NCBI GenBank assembly: GCA_009914755.4
Contig: CP086569.2
Span: 12,576,001 to 12,640,000, forward strand
From: the human T2T-CHM13v2.0 reference genome, Homo sapiens
Length of the DNA: 64,000 nucleotides
Reading direction: 5' to 3'
How positions within the stretch are numbered: the stretch's first letter is position 1; every line of letters starts with the position of its first letter. The notes beneath the pieces were generated by a model. That model ran no database searches. It was not told the origin of the DNA and saw only the letters and a program-made list of their open reading frames with translations. Made by a program: the position numbers and the translations under genes. Below are positions 42,910-56,990 of the stretch, in pieces.

Positions 42910-45900
42910 GGAATAGAATGGACCTAAATTTTCTGGAATCGAATGGAATGGACTCAAACAGAATGGACTCGAAAAAATGGTTTCGCTTTGAATTTATTTG
43001 TATTGAAGGTAATCGAATGGAAGGTAACAGAATGGAATGGATTTGAATGCAATGAAGTCAAATGGAATGGACTCGAATGGAATTGACAGGAATGGAATGT
43101 ACTTCAAAGGAATGGACTGGAGTGGATTGGACTCGCATGCAATGGAAACGATTGGAATGGAATGGAATGCAATGGAATGGAATTGAAAGTAATAGAATGT
43201 AATGGAATTGGATGAAAAGAAAGGGAAGAGAATGGAATCGAATGCAATATAATCGAATTGAATGGCATCGAATGTTATGAAATCGAAAGGACTCGAATGG
43301 CATGGACTCAATTGGAATGGCATCGAATTGAATGGAATGGAATGGAATGGACCCAAATGTAATGGACTTGAAACGAATGGACTGAAATAGAATAGACTCA
43401 AAAGCAATGGTCTTGAATGGCATTTATTCGAATAGAACGGATTCGAATGGAATGCAAAAGTATGAAATGGAATCGAGTGGAATCGAAAGGAATTGAATGG
43501 AATGGATTAGTATGAACTCGAATGTAATGGATTGCATTGTAATTGATTTGACTGGAATGGAATCACATGGAATGTAATCAAATGGAATGGAATTGAATGC
43601 AATAGAATGGAGTAGAATGGAATGCAATGGAATGGAATGGAGTGGAATCGAGTGGAATGGAATCGAATGGAATGAACTGGAATGGAATGGACACTAATGG
43701 AATGGACTGGAAGAAAATGGAATCGAATTGATTAGAATCGAACGGAATGGAATGGAATGGATTGGATTGGACTCGAATGCAGTGGAGTCGAATGGAATGG
43801 AACTGAAAGGAATGGAATCTAATGGAATGTAATTGAATGGAATGGAAAGGAATAGAATGGAAAAGACTGTAATGGAAAGATATGGAATGGAATGGAATGG
43901 AATGGAATGGAATAGAATGGAATGGACTGGAAAGGAATAGACTGGAAAGGAATGGACTGGAGTGGAATGGACTCGAATCAAAAGGAATGGAATGGAAAGG
44001 AATAGAACAGAATGGAATTGGATGGAACGGAATGGAATGGAGTGGAGTCGAATGGAATAGAATCCAATGGAATGGCATTGAATGAAATGGAATGCAATTG
44101 AATGGAGTTGAATGGACTCGAATGGAATGGACTCAAGTGGAATAGAACAGAAGGGAATGTCATCGAAAGGAATGGAATGGAATGGAATGGAATGCAATGG
44201 AATGCAATGGAATGCAATGGAATGGAATGGATTGGAATGGACACAAATGTAATGTACTCGAATGGAATTTACTCAAATAGAAAGGACTTGAAAGGAATGG
44301 TGTTGATTGCAGTTTATTCGAATAGAATGTATTTGAATGGAATGCAATAGTATGGAATGGAATGGAATGGAATGGAATGGAATGAAATGGAAATTACTGG
44401 AATGGAATGGAGTGGAATAGAATGGACTCGAATATAATGGTTTACAATGTAACTGTTTTGAACGTATTGGATTCAAAAGTAATGAAATCAAATGGAAAAG
44501 AATGGTAGGAAATGTAATGTAATAGAATGGAATGCAATACAATGGAACGGAATGGAATCGAGTGGAATGTAATCAAATGCAATGGAATCGAAAGGAATGT
44601 AATCCTATGGAATGGACTGAAATGGAATGGACTCGAATAGACAGGACTGGAAAAAAATATAATCAAACAGATTCGAATCTAACGGAATATAATGGAATGG
44701 AATTGAATAGAAGGGACTCAAAAGGAATGGAGTCAAATGGAATGGAACCGAATGTAATGCAATCGAATGAAATTGGATTGAAGGGAATCAAAAGGAATAG
44801 AATGCTATGCAGTGTAATGGAAAGATATTGAATAGAATGGAATGGAATGGACTCGAATGTAATGGAGTCGAATGGAATGGAATACAAGTAAATGGAATCG
44901 AATGGAATGGAATTGAATAGAATGGAAAGGAATAGAATAGAATAGAGTAGAATGGAAAGATATTGAATGGAAAGGAATGCAATGCAATGGACTCGAATGG
45001 AATGGAATGGAGTGGAATGGACCTGAATGGAATGAAACGAATGGAATGGAATGGAATGGAATACAATAGAATAGAGTAGAATGGAATGGAATCAGATGGA
45101 ATGGAATGGAATGGAATGAACGGGGAGGAATGGCATAGAATCGAATGGAATGGCATTATATGGAAAGGAATAGAATGGAATGGTTTCGAATGGAATGGAC
45201 TCGAATGGAATAGAATCGAATAGAATGGCATCGAATGGCATGGAATGAAATGGAGCGGAATGGATTATAATGGACCAAAATGTAACGGACTCGAAAGGAA
45301 TGGACTCCAAAGAAGTGGTCTGAAATGTAATCTATTCGTATGGAATGGAATCGAATGGAATGCAATAGTATGGAATGTAATCGAATGGAATGGAATAGAG
45401 TCGAATGGACTGGCATGGAATTTAATGGAATAGAACGGACTCGAATGTTGTGGATTGCAATGTAATTGATTCAAATGGAATGGAATCAAATAGAATGGAA
45501 TCGAAGGTAATGGACTGGAGTGGGATGGACTCGAAAGGAATGGAATGGAGTGGAATGGAATCGAATGTAATGTATTGGAATGGAATGGAATGGAAAGGAA
45601 TAGAATGGAATGGAATTGGATGGAATGGAATGGAGTCGAATGGAATAGAATCGAATGGAAAGGAATCAAACGGAAGGGAATGGACTCGAATGGAATAGAA
45701 TAGAATGGAATCGCATCGAATGGAATGAAATGGAACCCAATGGAATGGAATGGACCCAAATCTGATGGACTGGAATGGAATGGACTCAAATAGAATGGGC
45801 TCAAAACCAATGGTCTGAAAGGGTACCTATTCGAATAGAAAGGAGTTGAATGGAATTTAATATTATGCAAAGGAATCGAATTGAATGGAAACGATTGGAA

Positions 45901-48424
45901 TGCACCGGAATGGAATGGAGTGGAATAGAACGGACTCGAATGTAGTGAATTACAAAGTAGTTGACTCCAATGGAATGGAATAGAATAGAATGTAATCGAA
46001 TGGACTGGAGGGGATGGAATGGACTTAAATAGAACGGAATCAAAGGTAATGTATGGCAGTGTAATTGATTTGAATTGAGTTGATTCAAATGGAACTTAAT
46101 CAAGTAGAATGGAATGGGATGCAATGGACTGGAATAGAATGGAATGCAAAGGAATTAAACGGAGTGGATTCAAGTGGAATGGAATCGAATGAAATGGAAG
46201 CGATTGGAAGGGATTCGAATGGAATGGGCTGGAATGGAATGTACTGGAAAGGAATGGACTAGAACAAAATGGAATCGAATGGATTGGAAACGAACTGAAC
46301 GAAATGGAATGGAATCGAACGGAATTGAATGGAATGGAGTCTAATGGAATTGAATAGAATGCAATGGAATCAAATGGAATGGAGTTGAATGGAAACCAAA
46401 GGAATAGTATGGAATGGAGTGTAATGAAAAGATATCATGAGGAATGGAATGTAATGGACTCGTATGGAATTGGCTGGAATGGAACGGTCTCGAATGGAAT
46501 GGACAGGAGTAAAATGGACTCCAATGGAATATAAACGAATGAAATGGAATGGAATAGAAAGGAATGGAAAGGAACGGAATGGAAAGGAATAGAATGGAAT
46601 GGAATCGGACAGAATGTTATGGAATGGAAAGGAGTCAAACGGAATAGAATCGAATGGAATGGCATCAAATGGAATGGAATGGAATGGACTCCAATGGAAT
46701 GGAAACGAATGGAATACAATCGAATGGAATGGCATTGAAAGGAATAGAATGGAAAGGAATGGCATGGACTAAAATGAAATGGACTCAAATGGAATGGACT
46801 CAATAGATAGGACCCGAAAGAAATGGTCTTGAATGGTATTTATTCAAATAGAATTGAATCGAATGTAATGAAATAGTATGGAATGTAATAGAATGTAATG
46901 GAATTGAACGGAAAGAACCGGAATGGAATGGAAAGGAATAGAACTGACTCGAATGTAAGGGATTGCAATGTAATTCATTCGAACGGAATGGAATTGAATG
47001 GAATGTTAACCAATGGAATGGAATGCAATTGAATGGAATGGAATGGAATGTGATGGAATGGAATGGATTGGAATCGAGTGGAATGGAATCGAATGGAACG
47101 GAATCAAATGGAATGGTATCAAACAGAACGGACTGATATTTAATGCACTCGAATGGAATGGACTGGAAAAAAATGGAATCAAACAGTTTGGAATCGAATG
47201 GAAAGGAATGGAATGGAAGGACTCAAATGGAAAGGAGTCGAGTGTAATGGAATCAAATGGAATGGAATCAAATGTAATGGAATTGAAGGGAATCGAAAGG
47301 TATAGAAAGGAATGGAGTGTAATTGAAAGATAACGAATGGAATGCAGTTAAATGGAATGGAGTGGAATGGAATGGAATGGAATGTACTCAAATCGAATGG
47401 ACTGGACTGGAAAGGATTCAAATGGAATGGAAACGAATGTAAAGCAATGAATTGGAATGGAATGGAATGGATGAGAAGGGAAAGGAACCGGTAGGAACGG
47501 AATGTTATTGAATGGAATCAAAAGGAATAAAATCGAATGGAATGGCATCGAATGCAATGCAATGGAGTGGAATGGACTCTAAAGGAATGGACTCGAACGG
47601 AATAGAATAGAATGGAATGGAATTGAATGTAATGTAGTGGAACGGTACGCAATGGAATGGAATGGACCCAAATGTAATGGATTCAAATGAAATGGACCCA
47701 AATAGAATGGACTCGAAAGAAATGGCCTTGAATGGAATCTATTCGAATAGAATGTAATCAAATGGAATGCAATAGTATGGAATGGAAACAAATGGAATGG
47801 AATCAAATGGAATGGACAAGAATGGAAATAATTGGAATAGAACGGACTCGAATGCAGTGGATTGCAATTTAATTGATTCAAATGGAAAGGAATTGAATGG
47901 AATTTAATTAAATGGAATGGAATGGAATGCAATGGAAATGAATAGAATGGAATTCAATGGAATGGAAAGGAGTGGAATGGAATAGAATGGAATGGAATCT
48001 AATGGAATGGACTGGAATGGAATGGACTCAAATGGATTGGACTCGAATGAAATAGAATCGAATGAAATGGAGTCAAGTGGAATTTAATAGAATCGAAACG
48101 AACTGAATAGATTGGAATGCAGAGAAATGAAAAGATATCAAATTTAATGGAAAGGAAGGAACTCGAATGGAATGGACTGGAATGAAGTGAACTCCAACAG
48201 AATGGACTTGAGTGGAATATATTCGAATTGAATGGAAATGAATGGAATGGAATGGAATGGAATGGAATGCAAAGGAATGGAATGGAAAGGAATAGAAGAG
48301 AATGGAATCAGATGGAAGGGAATGGAAGGGAATGGAGTCGAATGGAATAGAACTGAATGGAATGGCATCGAATGGAATGGAATGGAATGGACTCAAATGG
48401 AATGGCATCACATGGAATAGACTG

Positions 48425-49420
48425 GAGTGAAATGGACACGAATGGCATTGACCAGAGTGTAGTGGACTCGAATTGAATGGAAAAGAATGGAATGGAATGG
48501 AATGGAATGGAATGGAATGGAATGGAATGGAATGGAATGGAGTGGAATGGAATCAGATGGAATGGAGTGGGATGGAATGGAATCGAATGGCATAGAATCA
48601 AATGGAATGGCATCAAATGGAGTGGATTGGAATGGAAAGGACTCGAATGGAATGGAATCAAATGGAATGGCATCAGATGGAATGGACTGGAGTGAAATTG
48701 ACTCGAAGGGAATGGACTGGAGTGTAGTGGATTCTAATTGAATGGAAAAGAATGGAATGGAATGGAATGGAATGGAATGGAATGGAATGGAATGGAATGG
48801 ATTGGAATGGAATGGAAAGGAATGGAATGGAATGGAATGGAATGGAATGGAATGGAATAGAATGAAATGGAATCACATGGAACGGAATGGGATGGAATGG
48901 AGTTGAGTGGAACAGAAGCGAATGGAATGGCATCAAATGGAATGGATGGGAATGGAATGGATCCGAATGGAGTAGAAAAGAAAGGAATTTCATTGAATGG
49001 AATGGACTGGACAGGAATGGAATGGACTCGTATGGAATGTACTGGATTAGAATGGACTCAAATGAGTGGAAAAGAATGGAATGGAATGGAAAGGAATAGA
49101 ATGGAATGGAATCACATGGAACGGAAATGAATGGAATTGAATGGAGTCAAAAGCAATAGAATCAAATGGAATGGCATCGAATGGAATGGAATGGAATGGA
49201 AACTAATGGAATAGAATCGAAAGGAATGGCATCGAATGGAGTGGAATGGAATGGAATGGACTCGAATGGAATGGAATCTAATGGAATAGAATCGAATGGA
49301 ATGGCAACAAATGGAATGGAATGGAATGGAATGGACTCGAATGGAGTGGAGTCTAATGGAATAGAATCGAATGGAATGGCATCGAATGGAGTGGAATGGA
49401 ATGGAGTGGAAGGGATCCAA
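48425..49420 (+). repeat. Zone of nested local tandem duplications. An about 265-bp unit (GGACTGGAGTGAAAT...GTGTAGTGGA[C/T]TC[G/T]AATTGAATGGAAAAGAATGG(GGAAT)n) occurs x2, followed by an about 60-bp unit (CTAATGGAATAGAATCGAATGGAATGGCATCGAATGGAGTGGAATGG) x~4
   Basis: The same string is read at 48459-48500 and 48721-48760. + ORF 49166..49441 shows a 20-aa periodic peptide (SNGIESNGMASNGVEWNGMDSNGME...). Confidence 0.65.
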
Positions 49421-52400
49421 ATGTTATGGACACGAATGTAAAGGAGTCAAATATAATGGACTTGAAATGAATGGTCTCGAATGGAATTTATTTGAATAGA
49501 ATGGAATCAAATGGAATGCAACAGAATGGAATGGAATCAAATGGAATGGACTGGAATGGAATGGACTGGAAAAGAACGGACTCCAATATAATGGATTGCA
49601 ATGCAATTGATTTCAATCTAATGGAATTGAATGGAATGTAATCAAATGGAATGGAATGGAATGCAATAGAATGTAATAGAATGGGATGCAATGGAATGGA
49701 ACAGAGTGGAATGGAGTGGAATGGAATCAAGAGGAATGGACTGGGATGGAGTGGAGTCCAATGGAATGGACTGCAACAAAATGGAATTGAAAAGTTTTGA
49801 ATCGAACGGAATATAATTGAATGGAATATAATTGAATGGAATGGAATGGAATGGACTCGAATGGAATGGAATCAAATGGAATAGAATTGAAAGAAATCGA
49901 AACGAATAGAATGGAATGGAGTGTAATGGAAAGATATCGAATGGAAAGGAATGGAATGCATTGGAATGGAATGGATTCGACGGGAATGGACTGGAGTGGA
50001 ATGGACTCGAATGGAATGTACTGGAGTGGAAAGAAGTCGAATGGAATGCAGTGGAGTGGAATGGTCTCAAATGAAATGGAAACTAATGGAATGGAATGGA
50101 ATGGAATGGAATGGAATGGAATGGAATGGAATGAAATGGAATGGAATGGAATCGGGTGGAACGTAATGGAATAGAATGGAGCCGAATGGAATAGAATCGA
50201 ATGGAATGGCACCAAACGGAATGGAATAGAATAGAATGCAATGGAATGGACTTGAAAGGAATGGACTCGAATTGAATACAATCAAATGGAATGGCATCGA
50301 ATGGAATGGAATGGAATGAACCCAAATGTAAGGGATTAGAATTGAATGGACTCAAATAGAATGGACTGGGAAGAAATGGTCTTGAATGGAATCTCTTCGA
50401 GTAGAACGGAATCGAATGGAATGCAATAGCATGGAATAGAATCGAATGTGTTGTAATCGATTGGAATGGACCAGATTGGAATGGGCTGGAATAGAACGGA
50501 CTCGAATGTAATGGATTGAAATGCAATTGATTCGAAAGAAATAGAATCAAATGAAATTCAATCGAATGGAATGGACCGAAATGGAATGGACTTAAACAGA
50601 AAGGAGTAGATTGTAATGGATTTCAATATAACTGATTCGAATGGAATGGAAACGAATGGAATGTATTCAAATGGAATGGATTGGAATGCAATGGACTGGA
50701 ATATCAAGTAATGCAATGGAATGCAACTGAGTGGAATCGAATGGATTAGAATCGAATGGAATGGAAGCGAATTGAATGAAATCGAATGGAATAGACTGGA
50801 ATGGAAAAGATTCGAATGGAATGGAATAGAACAAAATGGAATCGATCGGATTGGAATCGAACAGAATGGAATGGAATGGACACGAATGGAATGAAGTTGA
50901 AAGGAATTGAGAAGAATGTAATAGAATCAAATGGAATGGAAATGAATGGAAACCAAAGGAATAGAATGGACTCGAGTGAAATGGAAATATACCAAATGGA
51001 GTGGAATGGAATGCAATGGACTCGAATGGAATAGACTCGAATGTAATGGAGTAGAATGGAACGCAACCGAATGGAAAGGAATGGAATGGAATCAAAAGTA
51101 GTAGAATGGAATGAAGGGAAATGGAAACACATCGAATGGAATGGAATGGAATGGAATGGAATGGAATGGAATGGAATGGAATGGAATGGAATGGACTCGA
51201 ATTTAATGGACACGAATGGAATGGATTTGAAGGGAATGGAACCGAATGTAATGGAATCAAATAGAATGGAATGGAATGGAATCACAAGGATTAGAATGGA
51301 ATAGAGTGTATTGGAAACATATCGAATAGAATGGAATGGAATGGACTCAAATGGACTGGACCGGAATGGTAAGGACTCGAATAGGATGGAAAGTAGTAGA
51401 ATGGACTCGAATGTAATGGAAACGAATGGAATGGAATGGAATGGAAAGGAAGAGAATGGAATGGAATCTGATGGAATGGAATGCAAGGGAATGGAGTCGA
51501 ATGAAATAGAATCGAATGGAATGGCATCAAATGGAATGGAATGCAAGGGAATGGAATGGGATGGACTCGAATGGAATGGACTCGAATGGGATAGAATCGA
51601 ATGGAATGGCAACGAATGGAATGGAATGGATCAAACGTAATGGAGATGAATGGAATGGACTAAAATAGAATAGACTCGAAAGTAATGATCTCGAATGTAA
51701 TTAATTCAAATACAATGGAATCAAATGGAATGCAGTAGTATGGAATGGAATCAAACGGAATGGAATTGAATGGAATGGACCGGAATGGAATGGAATGGAA
51801 TAGAACGGACTCGAATGTAAAGAAATGTAATGTAATTGATTCGAGTGGAATGGAATGGAATGGAATTCAATGGATTGGAATATAACGGAATGCAATGGAA
51901 TGCAACGCAGTGAAATCGAGTGGAATGGAATCGAATGGATTGGAATCGAATGGAATGCAATCGAATGTAATTAACTGTAATGGAATGGACTCGAATGGAA
52001 TGGAGTGGAGCAAAATTGAATCGTACGGATTGGAATTCAATACAACAGATTGGAACGGAATGGATTGGACTCTTGGAATGGAGTCGAATGGATTGGAATC
52101 CAATGTAATGGAAACCAATGGAATGGAATTGTTTTGAATCAAAATGAATATGATGGAATGGAGGGTAAAGGAATATAGTCGAATGGAATGGAATGGAATG
52201 GAATGGAATGGAATAGAATGGAAGGCAATGGAATGGAAAAGAATAGAATGGAATGGAATCAGAACGAACGGAGTGGAATGGAATGGATTTGATTGGAATA
52301 GAATCGAATGGAATGGCATCAAATTAAATGGAATGGAATGGAATGGAGTGGAATGGACTCCAATGGAATGGAAACGAAAGGAATGGAATGGAAAGGAATA

Positions 52401-53039
52401 TAATGGAAAGCAATCGGTTGGAACGGAACAGAATGGAATGGAGTCGAGTGGTATAAAATCTAATGGGATCTCATCGAATGCAATGGAATGGAATGGACTC
52501 GAATGGAATAGAATCGAATGGAATGGCATCGAATGGAAGGGAATGGAATGGAATAGACGAGAATGGAATAGAAACAAACTTCTTGGACTCGAATGGAAAG
52601 GATTCAAATAGAATGGACTCGAAAGGAATGGTCTTGAAAGGCATTTATTTGAATAGAATGGCATCGAATGGAATGCAAGAGTACCGAATGGAATAGAATA
52701 CAATGGAATCGAATGGAAAGGACCAGAATGGAATGGACTGGAATAGAAAAGACTCGAATGTAAAGTATTGCAATGTAATTGACTCAAAAGGAAGGGAATT
52801 GAATAGAATGTAATCAAATGGAATGGAATGGACTGCAGTGGATTGGAATAGAATGGAATTCAATGAAATGGAAGAGAATGGAATGCCATGGAATGCAACA
52901 GAGTGGAATTGAGTGGAATGGAATCGAATGGAATGGACTGGAACAAAATGGAAAGGAATGGACCGGAATGGAAAGGAACGGAATGGAATGGAATGGAATG
53001 GAATGGAATGGAATGGAATGGAATGGAATGGAATGGAAT

Positions 53040-53049
53040 CAACCCGAGT
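53040..53049 (+). other. CAACCCGAGT, the classical satellite III interspersed 10-mer (reverse complement ACTCGGGTTG)
   Basis: Exact string read at 53040-53049. By my visual scan it is the only exact copy in the window. Confidence 0.8.
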
Positions 53050-53119
53050 GGAATGGAATGGAGTGGAATGGAATGGAATGGAATGGAATGGAATGGAATG
53101 GAATGGAATGGAATGGAAT

Positions 53120-53129
53120 CAACCTGAGT
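53120..53129 (+). other. CAACCTGAGT, a one-mismatch variant of the satellite III 10-mer
   Basis: Read directly; sits 80 bp downstream of the exact copy in an otherwise identical pentamer context. Confidence 0.75.
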
Positions 53130-53811
53130 GGAATGGAATGGAATGCAATGGAATGGAATGGAATGGAATGGGATAAAATGGAACGGAATGCAGTGGACTT
53201 GAATGGAACAGACACGAATGGAATGGACTGGAGAGGATTGGAGACAAATCAAAGGAAAAGAATGCAACGGAATGGTATGTAATAGGAAGGAATGTAATAG
53301 GGTGAATCAAAATGGAACGAAATGGAATGGAATGGAGTCAAATGGAATAGAATCAAATGGAATGGCATCGAATGAGTGGAATGGAATGGAATGGATACAA
53401 ATGTTATGGACTGGAATGGAATGGACTCAAATATAATGGACTCAAAAGGAATGGTCTCGAATGGAATTTATTCGAATTGAATGGAATCGAATGGAATGGA
53501 ATCCAATGGAATGGACTGTAATGGAGTGGTATCGAATGAATGCACTGCAATAAAATGGAATTGAACAGATAGGAATCGAATTGAACGGAATGGAATGGAA
53601 TGGACTCGAACAGAATGGAGTCAAATGAAATGTAATCAAGTGGAATGGAATCAAATGGAATGGAAATGAAAGGAATAGACTGGAATGAAGGGTAATGGAA
53701 AGATATGGAATAGAATGGAATGGAATGGATTGGACTCGAAAGGAATGGACTGGAAAGTAATGGACTCGAATGGAATGGACTGGAGTGGAATTGAATAGAA
53801 TGAAATGGTAA

Positions 53812-54535
53812 AGAACTGAATGGAATGGAATGGAATGGAATGGAATGGAATGGAATGGAATGGAATGGAATGGAATCAGATGTAACGGAATGGAAGGGAA
53901 TGGAGTTGAATGGAATAGAACCAACAGTAATGGCTTCGAATGGAATTGAATGGAATGGAATCGAATGGAATGAAATCTACTGGAATGGCAACTAATGGAA
54001 TGAAAAGGAATGGAATAGAAAGGAATGGAATGGAATGGAAAGGAATGGAATGGAATGGAATGGAATGGAATGGAATGGAATGGAATGGAATGGAATGGAG
54101 TGGAAAGGAATGGAATGGAATGGAATCAGATGTAACGGAATGGAAGGGAATGGAGTTGAATGGAATAGAACCAACAGTAATGACTTCGAATGGAATTGAA
54201 TGGAATGGAATCGAATGGAATGAAATCTACTGGAATGGCAACTAATGGAATGAAAAGGAATGGAATGGAAAGGAATGGAATGGAATGGAATGGAATGGAA
54301 TGGAATGGAATGGAATGGAATGGAATGGAATGGAATGGAATGGAAAGGTATGGAATGGAATAGAAAGGAAAGGAATGGAATGCAATGGAATCAGATGGAA
54401 CTGAATGGAAGGGAAAGGAGTTGAATGGAATAGAATCAACAGTAATGGCTTCGAATGGAATTGAATGGAATGGAATCGAATGGAATGCAATCTACTGGAA
54501 TGGCAACGAATGGAATGGAATGGTCCCAAATATAA
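53812..54535 (+). repeat. Three tandem copies of an about 250-265 bp segment: (GGAAT)~11, then GGAATCAGATGTAACGGAATGGAAGGGAATGGAGTTGAATGGAATAGAACCAACAGTAATGGCTTCGAATGG...AAATCTACTGGAATGGCAACTAATGGAATGAAAAGGAATGG
   Basis: The CAGATG landmark recurs at 53877, 54127 and 54392. Copies 1 and 2 differ by only a few bases; copy 3 is more diverged. Minus-strand ORFs 53442..53924, 53992..54174 and 54242..54529 all begin with the same peptide (MVLFHSTPFPSIPLHLIPFHS...). Confidence 0.8.
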
Positions 54536-55812
54536 TTGAGTCGAGTGTAATGGACTTTAATGGAATGGACTCTAATGCAATTATATCGAATGAAATTCAT
54601 TCTAATGGAATGGAATCTAATATAACACAATAGTATTTAATGGAACTGAATGCAACTAAATCGAATGGAATGGACTGGAATGGAATGGACTGGAATGGAA
54701 GGGACTCGAATGCAATGGATTTCAATGTAATTGACTCAAACGGAATGGAATCGGATGAGAGGTAATCAAATGGAATGGAAGGCATTTCAATGGAATGGAA
54801 TAGGTTGGAATGCAATGAAATGGAACAGAGTGGAATCGAGTGGAACGGAATAGAATGGAATGGAATCGAATGGAATGGAATCAAACGGAATGGACAGGAA
54901 TGGAATGGAATCGAAGGGAATGGATTGGAACAAAATTAAATGCAATAGATTGGAATCCGATGGAACGGAATGTAATGGAAGGGAATTTAATGGACTCGAA
55001 AGGAATGTAGGCAAACGGAATGGAATCGAATGGAATGGAATAGAATGGCATGGCATTGAATGGAATCGCAAGGAATAGAATGGAATGGAGTGTAATGGAA
55101 AGATACTGAATGGCATGGAATGGTATGGAAAGTAATGGACTAGAATGGAATGGAATGGAAAGGAATGGAATCGAAAGGAATGGACTAAAATTGAGTGGAA
55201 AGGAACGAAATTGAATGGAAGGAAATGCAAAGGAATAGAAAGGAATGGAAGGGAATGGAGTTGGATAGAACGGAATGGAATGGAATTGAGTCGAGTGGAA
55301 TAGAATCAAATGGAATAGATACGAATGGTATGGCATCGAAAGGAATGGAATGGAATGGCCCCAAATGCAATGGACTCGAATGGCTTGGAGTCAAATAGAA
55401 TGGACTAGAAAGGAATGATCTAGAATGGAATTGACTCGAATAGAATGGAATCGAATGTAATGCAATAGTATGGAATGGAATCAAATGAAATGGAATTGAA
55501 TGGAATGGACTCGAATGTAATGGATTGTAATGTAATTGAGTTGAATGGAATAGAATCGCATGGATTGTAATAAATTGAATGGAATGGAATGGAATGGAAT
55601 GCAATGGAATGGAATAGATTGGAATGCAATAGAACGGAATGGAGTGGAATCGAGTTAAATGGAATCGAATGGAATGGAATCGAATGTAATGAACTGGAAG
55701 GAAATGGACTCGAATGGAATGGACTGGAAAAAAAAATGGAATTGAACGGGTTGGAATGGAATGGAACGGAATGGAATGGAATGCAATGCTCTCGATTGGA
55801 ATGGAGTCAAAT

Positions 55813-55877
55813 GGAATGGAATGGAATGGAATGGAATGGAATGGAATGGAATGGAATGGAATGGAATGGAATGGAAT
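55813..55877 (+). repeat. Pure (GGAAT)13 tract
   Basis: Direct reading. Confidence 0.9.
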
Positions 55878-56656
55878 CAAATGGAATAGAATAGAATGGA
55901 GTGTAATGGAAAGATATCGAATGGAATGGAATAGACTCGAATGGAATGAACACAAATGGAATGTACTCAAATGGAATGTACTGGAGTGGAATGGACTCGA
56001 ATGTCATGGAAACAAATGGAGTGCAATGGAAAGAAATGGAATGGAAAGGTATAGAATGGAAGGGAATCAGATGAAATGGAATGGAATGGAATTGATTTTA
56101 ATGGAATAATGTCGAATGGAATGGCATCAAAAGGAAAGGAAAGGAACAAAACGGAATGGACACAAATGTAATGGACTCGAATGGAATGGACTCAAATATA
56201 ATGGATTCATTAAATATGGTCTCGAATGGAATTTATTCGAACAGAATGGAATTGAATGATATGGACTGGAATGGAATGTATTGTAATGGAATGGACAGGA
56301 GAGGAATGGAATAAAATTGAATGGAAAACAATAGAATGGAATGGAATGGAATGGAAATAAATAAAATGGAATGGAATTGGATGGAACGGAATGGAATGGA
56401 ATGGAATAGAATCGAATGGAATGGAATCAAAAGGAATGGAATGCAATGGAATTGGATTGAACAGAATGGTGTGGAAAAGAATCGAATGGAATATATTTGA
56501 ATAAAAGTGAATGGAATGAATGGAATGGAATGGAATGGAATGGAATGGAATGGAATGGAATGGAATGGAATGGACTCGAATGGAATGGATTAAAATGGAA
56601 TAGAACAGAATGGAATGGCATCGAATGGAATGGAATGAAATGGAATGGAATGGAAT

Positions 56657-56990
56657 GGACCCAAAAGTAATGGAATCGAATATAAATGAATCAAATAGAA
56701 TGGACTCGAAAGGAATGTTCTCGAATGGAATTTGTTCGAATAGAATGGAATCGAATGGAATGCAATAGTATGGAATGGAATCGAATGGAATGGAATCGAA
56801 TGGAATGGACCAGAATGGATTCCAATGGAATAGAACGGACTCGAATGTAATGGATTGCAATGCAGTTGATTTGAATGGAATGGAATTGAATGGAATGTAA
56901 TCAAATGGAATGGAACGATATGCAATTGAATGGAATAGAATGGAAGGCAATGGAATGGAACGGAGTGGAATTGAGTGGAATCAAATCGAA
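56657..56990 (+). repeat. Anchor block copy (well conserved)
   Basis: ggacccaaaagtaatgg...aatttgttcgaatagaatggaatcgaatggaatgcaatagtatggaatgg...ggattgcaatgcagttgatttgaatgg...ggaacggagtggaattgagtggaatc, read directly. Confidence 0.75.

Larger units (their letters stand above)
52980..53172 (+). repeat. Homogenised (GGAAT)n tract containing two copies of the satellite-III 10-mer 80 bp apart
   Basis: (GGAAT)12, then CAACCCGAGT, then GGAATGGAATGGAGT(GGAAT)~10, then CAACCTGAGT, then (GGAAT)n with GCAAT. The two halves are an about 80-bp (16-pentamer) duplication. Confidence 0.85.

Noticed and set aside
52818-53282. Plus-strand MEWNGMEWNG... ORFs (for example 52818..53282 at 154 aa, 14493..14996 at 167 aa, 1738..2205 at 155 aa).
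   Set aside because: Same artefact on the other strand: (GGAAT)n reads GGA-ATG-GAA-TGG-AAT, which gives G-M-E-W-N with an in-frame ATG every 15 nt and no stops. They overlap the minus-strand ORFs completely, which real genes would not.
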